From Octopus vulgaris (Eukaryota), in the NCBI GenBank assembly GCA_951406725.2, contig OX597829.1, positions 38,006,001 through 38,070,000 of the forward strand: DNA of 64,000 nucleotides, given 5' to 3'. The notes under the pieces were generated by a model, which had not been told where the DNA came from, searched no databases, and worked only from the letters and a program-made list of their open reading frames with translations. How positions within the stretch are numbered: the stretch's first letter is position 1; each line of letters opens with the position of its first letter. The translations under genes and the position numbers were made by a program. Below are positions 27,833 to 39,228 of this stretch, in pieces.

Positions 27833-30800
27833 CCTTTCTACCATAGGCACAAGACCTGAAATTTAGAGGAGGGGGTAGTCAATTACATCGACCCCAGTAC
27901 TCAACTGGTACTTATTTCATCAACCCTAAAAGGATGAAGTTGACCTTGGCCGAATTTGAACACAGAATGTAGTAGGATACTACACATTTCACCCAGCGTG
28001 CTAATGATTCTGCTAGCTCGCCGCCAATCTCAATGCAATCAATTTGCCCCTTCCCTCAGCAATTTTGAGAGGAGAGGTAAAGTTGATCACATTGATCCCA
28101 GTACTTGACTGGTACTTTATTTTATCAGCTCTGAAAGGATAAAAAGTGAAATTTACCTCAGCAAGACTTGAATTCAAAACACAGAGTCAGAAGAAATGCT
28201 GTTAGAAATGCTCTTAGTGCCCAAAGCACTAACAATTCGACTAGCTCGCACATAAATTAGAACGTGGCCAAATATCTTGTAACTACTGTGTTAACTAACA
28301 TTAAAATCATTGTCTCTTATTTCTTCTTTTAAACAAAAATATTTGTTAAGTTACTTATAAATATTTTGGCAGATTCAGAATCTTTGATATTTAAAATAAA
28401 TAAAAATCTGAAGAATGCTTTAAAAAAAAGGTGTAACATAAGTTAGAAGAGAGGACAAAAAAATTTACCCTTAAACTCTTTAGCATTCAGATTTCTGTGT
28501 CAAATGTAATGCTTATTTATTCACATTGTTTTGAATTAATAATGCATTATCTCATAACTTTGAGATTTTGATGACATCGTTGTTTATTTTTAGAATGACA
28601 TTGTAGGGCACATACAAGAGGTTGGATCTGACTAGTTTGAATATAAAACAGGCAGAATTTTTGGGCTAGATACGACTGCTTTGAATGCTAAAGGGTTAAA
28701 TGAACAAATATCCAATTTTTCTGAAGAAAACAGAATTATACTTTAGTTTGGGAAAACAGAAAGGTGATATATCACAGTAGGTACTTACTTTACGATCCGT
28801 TCATCGGGTGATAGAATTGGTGCTACTGCAAAACGCTGGATGTAAAGTTTGAGATAAGTGTAGAAATAGTTAGGGAAAGCTTTACCCCGCTGTTGAATGA
28901 GATATTCTTCAGCTGAAAGACGATGGGTTGGTTCTTTCTGCATCATGTGGCGTACCAGTTCCTAAAAGAAAATATGTTACATATCTATATCATCAACATT
29001 TCACGGTGTATACAGGTATATATGTATGTGTGTGTACATAAATATATATATTTATATATATATATATACATGAACATATATATGTGCGTGTGTGTGTTTG
29101 TATGTGTATATATGTGTGTGTATATTATACCTTCATAAATACTAATGCGAGGTAAAAGAAACAAAAACAAAATAATAATAATCTACTGATGAGAATCAAA
29201 CCATGCTGGATAAACATTGCTACCAGTTACATCCACTGAATGTATGTCCCCTCATCTGAAAATTTATATTATAATTATATATAAATTGTCTCTGTTCTTA
29301 AGTCATTTTAACTCCACAAGATGGAAGAAGGAAAAAGTCAGGGATTAGTGTTAAGGTTTATTGAGAAAGGTAAGAGTCTAAAGTGTGAAGAAAAGGAGAC
29401 AGGGATAGTATATCAAGAGAGTGTAAGTAAACATGTGTGTGTATATATATATATGAGGGGGTGCTGAAAAGTTCTTGACTTCTGGTAAAAGAAAATAGGG
29501 GAGAATCAGTTAATTATGGCTTTATTCAATATATTCCCCTCTCAGATTTACACACTTATTGCAGTGGTCCTTCAATTTTTCTAAGCCCTGTAAAAGAACA
29601 TGGGAGGTTGGGTCTTCAACCAGGCCTTTCATGATACCCTCAAAGCCAGGAACTTTTCAGCATCTTCTCGTGTATATATATATATATATTTCTTTACTAC
29701 CCACAAGGGGCTAAACATAGAGGGGACAAACAAGGGAATTAAGTCGATTACATCGACCCCAGTGTGAAACTGGTACTTTATTTATCGACCCCGAAAGGAT
29801 GAAAGGCAAAGTCAACCTCGGCGGAATTTGAACTCAGAATGTAACGGCAGACTAAATACCGCTTAGCATTTCGCCCGGCACGCTAACATTTCTGCCAGCT
29901 CACCGCCTTCCAAAATGTGTATGTATATATATATATAACACACATATTTATAAATATTAAAAACTTAGGTCTTGATACCCGAATACTTGAATCTTCAATT
30001 TTTTCTAGCACTTTCCATGGACTGTATTCTCCATTCCGATATGCTAACAACTGGGAAAGATCAAATGGTACAGTTCCTTCTGTGAAAAGCTCTGCTATCA
30101 CACACCTACGTAACAAAAATAAGAGAGAAATAATTACAATAATGGCAAGACAAATATTATCATCTCTATATATATAAATGTCTGTGTGTGTGTGTGTGCG
30201 CGTGTCTTTTATACAAATCCACAATTTTTCAGTTAGAGGGCTCTTACTTTCTATGGTCATTCAAAACCGTCCAAGGCTGGTCGTGCACATCTTTACATTT
30301 CCCCAGTCACCCTGCAAAGCCATTAAAAAGTCAATAGAAGTGACTTTTTTGTGAATTTTCTATCAAAAACCCAATCAAAATGCCTGAAACTTAATATGTC
30401 AATTGAATGCCAGCTAGCTGTATGTGATTGGTCGGAGATTTGGACTGTGCTCGCATGCATGTGCGCACGCATGCAGCTGTATATGCATGCACTAGCACTA
30501 TGACCCGGCATTGCCGGGGTCATAGTGCTAGTATGATATAAACAGTATAAGATATCAATTTCATTTGACAAAATACAAAACCAAATTTGACAAGGAAGAA
30601 GACAATTTATTTTATTAATCTCAATGTCATTATCTTCATTGTTTTGACTTCCACTTCTCCATGCCTGCATGGCTTAGAATTTGTTAAGGCAGATTTTACC
30701 CTGTTTCCAAACAAGGTGACATTTCCCCATGGCCAGACATATTTTTCACAGAAGACTGGAAACAAACAGAATTGCTTATATGACAGTGACACTTGTATAG

Positions 30801-33800
30801 AACTAACACACACACACACACACACACACTATGTGCTTCACTCAGTTTCCATGAACTAATTCCACTCACAAAGCTTTGGTTGGCCATGGTTAAGAAACAA
30901 ATTTGCAAACCACCTGGCTATGCCTGTGCTAAGATTATGCTTTCCATTGGTGTTTAAGGATATTCTTTTATTTCACATAGTGGTTAATCATTGGACCATG
31001 GCCATACTGGAGTACTGCTTTCAAGGCTTACAATCAATTTAATCTACCTCAGATCTTACTTTATGAATGTCAGGGGAACGGAAGGCAAAACAAAACTGGG
31101 CAGTATTTGAACTCTAGCTGTTAAGTACTTTGCCTAATGACCTACTGAGAGAGAGAAAGGGGGGGGGGATTTAATTAAAAATTACCCTGAAGAGAAAATA
31201 TCCATCGCTGGAGTAAGATCTCCAAATTTCGTTTCGCTGGAAGTCAAATCTAGGCTGACTTGTGTAGCAGCATCTGCGTTCTTCCAGCTGCTGTCTACAA
31301 ACCTCTCTGGTGCTATATAACATGTTCGACGACGTGATGTATCAAAGAAATATGAGAAATCTGAAGGATTATCCTGGAAAAAAAAAAAATAAATAAAATA
31401 AAAAACATTTATTCGGTGTTTTATTAAAATCAGATTTAAAATTATAAAAAGATATTAACTTGAAGGTAGTGCTCCAACATGAACTTGACCATGATGGCTA
31501 AAATAAACTAAAGAACTGAAACAGCTTTTTATGCAAAGTGTATATTATAATTTTATGCAAAAGTACAAATACATCACTTTTATGTAAAACACTCAACTTT
31601 CTACATCATCATCAACATCAGTTTTTTTATGTTGCATTTTCCATGCTTTCACATCAAGGACAGCGCTGTTGTATCACACACAGGCATCCTTGACTGTGTC
31701 CAAAAAAAGGCCATCTGACTGGCATACAATCACTCACAGGGACATGTTCCAACCTCTGGCCTTCAGGTGCTTTAACTCCTCTCTCTCACCACCTTTTCTT
31801 CCTCTATTATAATGGACTCTGCTCTTCACAGTAGGCTGAACTCATGCCAGCTCATCAGCATCATCGCTTAACGTCCACTTCCCATACTGGCATGGGTTGA
31901 ATGTTTTGACATGGGGCTGTCCAGACGGCAATTGTCTGTTGATGTATGGTTTCTATGGCTGGATGCCCTTCCTAATGTCATCCACTTAAAGTGTGCTGGG
32001 TGCTTTTTATGTGCCACTGGCACATAATGCAGATTGGTGAATGCAATTGTCTTCCAATAGCAACATATGGATGCGAGACCTGGAGACTAAAGAAAGCTGA
32101 CCAGAAGAGAATTAATGCTTTCGAGCTTTGGTGTTGGAGAAGACTTTTACGGATTCCATGGACAGCAAGGCTCACCAATGGAGAAGTTCTTAAGCAGATA
32201 AGGCTGAAAATGTCGATAGAAGCTGGGATCACCAAGCATAGATTGGCATATTTCAGTCATATTATGCAGAGAGAATCCCTGGAGAAGGACATCATGCTCG
32301 GAATGGTCAGTGGCAAGAGAGGAAGAGGCCGACCAAGAACCCACTGGCTTGACACCATCAAGAGTGATACCGGAATGGACATAGCCAATCTGAAGGAAGC
32401 GGCCCAGGATAGAACTGACTGGAGGACACTGATCCAACGAGTGACCGAGAGTCGACTTCGACTGAGCGGATAGAGAGAGAGAGAGGCACTTGAGTATTTC
32501 TTTCCCACTCACCTTTCCTCCTCACATCACTCTTCTTGTGTCCAAACCCAACTATTCAGGCCCAGCATTAATCACTAAGCCCATTATTTCCTTTCCAGAA
32601 TGTTAGTCCACTGGAATTCCCACTCTGTCCATATTTTCCCAACAAGTATTTCAAGAGGTACATTAGTGTACCCCTAGGGGTAGTGGAAATTTTACACTGG
32701 TAATGACGATAAAGGGCACTGGTGATGGGGAATGTGATGAACGCATCCATACAGCTTCTTTTACATATATACGATGGGCTTCTTCTAGTTTCCGTCTACC
32801 AAATCCACACACAAGGCTTTGGTCGGTCCGAGGCTATAGTAGAAGACACTTGCACAAGGTGCCATGCAGTGGGACTGAACCCAGAACCATGTGGTTGGTA
32901 AGCAAGCTACTTACCACACACCCACTCCTGCGCCTATTATAAAGAAAAATTTTTGAATGTAATTTTATGATATATTGATTCTTTGCTACAACTACAGTTG
33001 ATAGACATGATACTGATTAGTGAAAAAGTGTTGTATATTGACAATAAAAACCTTCAACAGAAATGGAAGACCAAAGAACATGCGAAGATGTGATGGTGGT
33101 GGGAGGAGGGGTTAGACCTCAATAGTACTGATGAAATGACCAATGGAAATGAAGAAAGGCAACAAATAGTAAATTTTGGTCAACTGAAATAATGATGAAA
33201 ATTAGTCAACTTACTTCAGGTAGATATGTTGGTTTGAAGCTTGCAAAGTCTGTAAGGAAAAGCCAATTCCAGCTCGTGATCATTACATTTTCAGATTTGA
33301 TATCACCATGACAAACCTTCAAGAAACAAATTACAAAGAAAATAAAAAAAAACAATCAACAAGAAAACTTAGAAAATTTGTGAGTTGATAAAATAATCTC
33401 CAGTTTAATGATGCCCTACGGCAACCTTTTACATGTGCTTTAATCTAATTAAACATTTTATTTAGTAATTACCTTAAAAATAATTATCATAAACATCAAT
33501 AGAAATTGTTGTTGTGATACCAGTGCTGGTGGCACATAAAAGAACCATCCGAAAGTGGCCGTTGCCAGCGCCGCCCCGACTGGCCTCCGTGCCGGTGGCA
33601 CATAAAAAGTACCAGCCGATCGTGGCCGTGGCCGTTGCCAGCCTCGCCTGGCATCGTGTCGGTGGCACGTAAAAAGCACCCACTACACTCACGGAGTGGT
33701 TGGTGTTAGGAAGGGCATCCAGCTGTAGAAACATTGCCAGATCAAACTGGGCCTGGTGCAGCCTCCTGGCTTCCCAGACCCCAGTCGAACCGTCCAACCC

Positions 33801-35074
33801 ATGCTAGCATGGAAAGCGGATGTTAAACGATGATGATGATGATTTATGATTATTATAAACGTTGGTGTGGCTGTGTTGTAAGAAGTTTGTTTCCAAGCCA
33901 CATGGTTCTGGGTTCAGTCCCACTGTGTGGCATTATCTACTATAACACTGAGTTGACTAAAGCTGTGTGTGTGGATCTAATGGAAACTGAAAGAAGCTTG
34001 TTGCATATATATGTATATGAGTATGTATGAGTTTTTGTGTCTCCTTGCTTTGACATCACATGATAGTTGTAAATGAGTGTCACTGTCATACATGCAGTGC
34101 CATTCATTTCCAATATTCTGTGAGAATGTGTCTGACCATGAGGGAAATATTAATTACCTTACTTGGAAATAAGTGAAGGTTGGTGACAGGAAAGGCTTCT
34201 GTAATACATGTCTCAGGGAAACCTTTTGTTATAATTGTAAGAAAAACCATTTGTTATGTTACATGCCAAATGCAAACTTAATGAAGAAAGTGTTTTTTTT
34301 TTGTTTTTGTTTTTTCTTTCAAAATCATTGTAAATTATTGACTATTTTCAAAATTAATTATGAGATATAGGTATTGTATTTGGGTACAAATATTGATATA
34401 AAAGGGTAAATAGTACAACTTACCTTTAATTTATGGCACTGATTCAGTGCACAAAGAAGTTGGAAAGCAATCCATTTTTTCTCAATTGCATTGAGAAATG
34501 GCCTGGTGCTTATCCGATCATATAAGCTATCTTTTGTATACTGGCGGAATAAAAGAGCTGCTTTATCTGACTGCTGCAAAGACAGATGGTATGTATGTTA
34601 TGACTGTTAGAAAGATATTTAGTACATAATAATAAAACAGTTTAAATTGTTCAGCTTATATCAACATAGGTATGTGTGCATGTGTGTGTGAGTATCATCA
34701 TCATTTAGCATCTGCTTTCCATGATGGTATGGGTTAGACGGTTTGACTGGAACTGGTAAGTCAGAGATCTGCACCAGGATCCAGTCTAACTTTGGCTTGG
34801 TTTATAAGGCTGGATGTCCTTCTTAGTGCCAACCACTTTGCAGAGTGTAGTGGGTGCCATTTACGTGTCACTGGCATGGTTGACTTTTACATCTTTATAT
34901 ATATATATATATAGGCGCAGGAGTGGCTGTGTGGTAAGTAGCTTGCTAACCAACCACATGGTTCCGGGTTCAGTCCCACTGCGTGGCATCTTGAGCAAAT
35001 GTCTTCTGCTATAGCCCCGGGCCGACCAATGCCTTGTGAGTGGATTTGGTAGACGGAAACTGAAAGAAGCCTGT

Positions 35075-35109
<35 letters not shown>

Positions 35110-35315
35110 GTGTCTTTGTTTGTCCCCCTAGCATTGCTTGACAACCAATGCTGGTGTGTTTACGTCCCCGTCACTTAGCGGTTCGGCAAAAGAGACCGAT
35201 AGAATAAGTACTGGGCTTACAAAGAATAAGTCCCGGGGTCGATTTGCTCGACTAAAGGCGGTGCTCCAGCATGGCCGCAGTCAAATGTCTGAAACAAGTA
35301 AAAGAGTAAAAAGAG

Positions 35316-35346
<31 letters not shown>

Positions 35347-35863
35347 CGTACACATATATATACTTTAATAATTTATAACTGAAAGGCTCCAATTTCCAAA
35401 ACTCAGGGTCGTTTATTTCTGAACATCAGCTGGTATGAAATGAAAGCTTGAAGGTAATGTTGAGGATAAGCATTTCCTCCAAACTTTCATTTCATATTTT
35501 CAAAAAATAATCAAACAGTGGGATTTCAAAAGTAAACTAGGCTTGGTTTACCAGCTAACGTTCAGAAATGAATGACTCTGAGTTCTGGAAATGGGAGTCT
35601 TTCAGTTAGAATGTATCAAAAAATACTCTACATTTGTATTGCGTCGTCCTGTAATTTATCACTACTGGTGAATCAACAGTGAGTTTCATATACATATATA
35701 TATAATTATTTCCCAAATAAATTGCACTTCATATTTGAGGCTCTGATGAAGGTATAAGGTGTTATCCAGGCACTCAACTATGAGATCACTGTGTCTTATA
35801 GCAGAAACAGCTGTAAGCTAATGAAGTTCATAAGATAATTATTTATTACTTTGTTATCTCTTT

Positions 35864-35916
<53 letters not shown>

Positions 35917-38900
35917 TAAAAACGGTAAGATAACAAAAGAAAGAAAGAGACCTCAATATTATGTAAGTAGAGGAATTTATCTGTAAAAATGATATGTGAC
36001 AATTACTCGGTAGCCAAGATAAAACTCTGAGTTTCGGAAATCCACACCACCATCTCTTCAGTTATCTGAAGAGTTTTATCTTGGTTACCGAGTAATTGTT
36101 ACATATTATTTTTACATACACACACACACATATATATATAAACTGTCTTAAGAAATTTAATACTCTTAGCCACAAAGGTTAAAAAAATAACCAAGAATTT
36201 TGAGAAAATGAAAGTGTATTGAAAGAATTTAGCCTGATGCTATACATTGTTGATTCCACTGGCCTTAATATTGGCATCATTATAAAAGATAGAATTCATT
36301 AATTAAGTGCAACTCCAATATTAGACCAGTATTTTGTTGGTCTTAAATGACAAAGTGTACCCAATGAAATTTTAATTAAGATTGTAAATAAGTACACCTG
36401 TAAACATTAGATATTTTGTATGATGTTCTTCTGCTTCTGATAGCCACCACTCAATTATAAGATATAATGAATGTAAGCATAGTAGAGTAGATAATAAGTT
36501 TACTTCACAACCATGGGGTCTAGGGTTTGATCTTGTGTCATGTGGTATGTTGGGCAGGTATCTTTACCACATTCTTGTACTGACTCAAGCCTTCTGACAG
36601 TTGCCGAGCAAAAGCCTAGTGGATGAACTGAAAACAAGGGAGTGTTAAAGACAAGAAGGACATTCAGTTGTAGAAAATTTGTCTCAACGAATCCCATCTG
36701 ATCTGTACAAGTATGGAACAGTAAATGTTAAAAGGATGATAATGATGACGATGATGATTTAAAAAAAATTTCATCATCACCAATATGTGAAGATTTCTTT
36801 AAAATCCACACAACCAATGCCATGTGTGCGAATCTATCAAGCTATCTATCTATCTACATATACAAATAAAAGGCAAAGAAAACAAACAAAAGAAAGTAAG
36901 TAACTTACAATAAATTTCTGGAATGGAAGACAGTTTGAAGCACCACTTAACTGTCCTTTAATTTCTGAGAAAAACGAAAAAAAAACATCACAATATATTT
37001 ATTAGCAATATTTCTGAGAAATATATATTAGCATGAGGTCTTTGATATTTCATAGCACTAGGCTTTGAAAAAATTATTTCTTGTATATTTTGCATAGTCA
37101 GCATTTAACAAAGTTTCCCTGCTTCATGTTAAATTTTGGAGATATAAAAGAATACTAATATCTGTAGCATATAATAAAACAAAATGGCCAAGATGTTCAA
37201 TTATAAACATTAACTTTTTAGCATTCAGACAGGCTATATCCATCCCAAATAAATAATAATGAAATTATTGTATACAGTGCTCAGGTGCACCACAACTTGT
37301 CAAAAAGTGTGTATAAAGTATATGCAGTAATGTACAAATGTCTGGGAAGCGAACAGTGTATGAGTCAGATACATGCTTGCATGTGTATGGAGTGGGGAAA
37401 ATCAGGTGTAGTGTTGGCAAATCTCAGGAAGCATGGAAGTTTTGAAGGATGCAGTGCTCCAACAACTAACAACTGATGTCGGCAGTTTGTTCCATGCTTC
37501 AGCAACTCTTAGCGTGAAAAAATGTCCACAGGTGCTAGACAGGTGGAGTTTGAAAAGGTGCTCAGTTATTGTTTGTAAGATGGCTAATAATTTTATGGGT
37601 GTCTGCCAAGTCAGCTGCCAGACGTCGGAGTTTCAATGTGTCCAGGCCCAAGGAAGTAAGGTGTTCAGAATATGGCAAATGCCTGATGGAGGGCATTCTC
37701 TCTATATTCTATGTGTTTTATGTTCAAACTGGTCTCTCACATCTACCCGACAAAGTCAGTCTAAAAATAATCCTATCATTGAAAGTTATGAGATAATATA
37801 TGATTAATTCAAAATAATGTAAATAAATAAGTATTACATTTGACAGAATAATCTGGTTGCTAAAGGATTAACAATTAGACACTTTATAAACATGAATCCA
37901 AAACAGTCAAGATAAATATTTTATTAGATAACATTAGTATTTTTAAAAATACAATATACAAAATATTGGAATATTTATTGAAAACAGTCATAATCCTTTC
38001 TGGTATAGGCACAAAGCCTGAAATTTATGGGGAGGGAAATAGTTGATTACACTGACCCCAGTGCACAACTGGTATTTATTGCATTGATCCTGAAAGGGTG
38101 AAAGGCAAAGTTGACCTCAGAATGTAAAGATGGGTGAAATGTCGCTAAGCATTATTCTGCCAGCTTGCCGCCTTGATACAACTGTCAATAATAAAAAGAT
38201 AGTTAATATTTCTCACTTGTCAACTGGTAGATCAAGGACAAGATTTTTGGATAACATCAGGGAAGATGCTTCTGATAGGACTCTATGTAGGAAGTCTCTG
38301 AGGACTCTACTCACGCGAACAACCCAGGACTAGTAAGTGGAGAAAATGGATTGATGGAGAGAACTGTCTCATATCCAATTTCTCTGAGTGTACAAAGATG
38401 GTTTATTTGCTATAAGAATAGTTTTAACTGGGATGTGCATCCTACAGTAAAATACTCGACTGTGAAATAGGAAGTGGAGTCTATTTTTGTTTGGCTAGAG
38501 GTACAAAACACGGTGCTTGTGATAAATACTAATGGTGCACAACTTATAACTATCTGGTCAGTAATCTAGCTTTTTTAACCTCACAACCATTGAATAAAAG
38601 TAACAATTTCGGTTTAACTCAAGTAACATTTAGGATTTTAAAAATCAAAATACGCATAACTATAAATAAAAGGAGGAATGAGAGCTTACCTTCTAATCGA
38701 TTTCGGTGTGTGGCCAATGGGAGAGAAGGATCATGTATGACAAACACCTTGACCACAACTTGGCCCTCTTTGCATCGTGCTCGGGCTACTTTGAAGAAGC
38801 GTGTGCTACCCAAGCTTAAATGAAAATTAAAAGATCAAACTGATTAAATATGTTGCTCAATCAGGGTCCGTCTAGGGGACAAACAACAAAAACAACAACA

Positions 38901-39163
38901 ATTATGAAACCAAAAGCTTCATATGTTACCCTTAAAGGTTGTTAGGTGGTATCTCTACATAATAACAGCTTATGTAAATGTCGAGCAATCTTCAGCCAAT
39001 AGGGATAAGAATGTGCATGTCCGTTTAATTGGAAAATTCTATAAAGTGGCTGAAGATTGCTCGACATTTAAAAACTGATGTAATACTTACAGTGTTTAAT
39101 AAAATGAAGTAGCATGAAACAATTGTACTACTCTACCTTGGATATACTTGTTGCTTATTTGGA

Positions 39164-39228
<65 letters not shown>

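Noticed and set aside
29970-29978. Possible U12-type donors (GTATC) after exons 7 and 9
   Set aside because: They read GTATCAAG and GTATCAGT, not GTATCCTT; treated as weak U2 donors.
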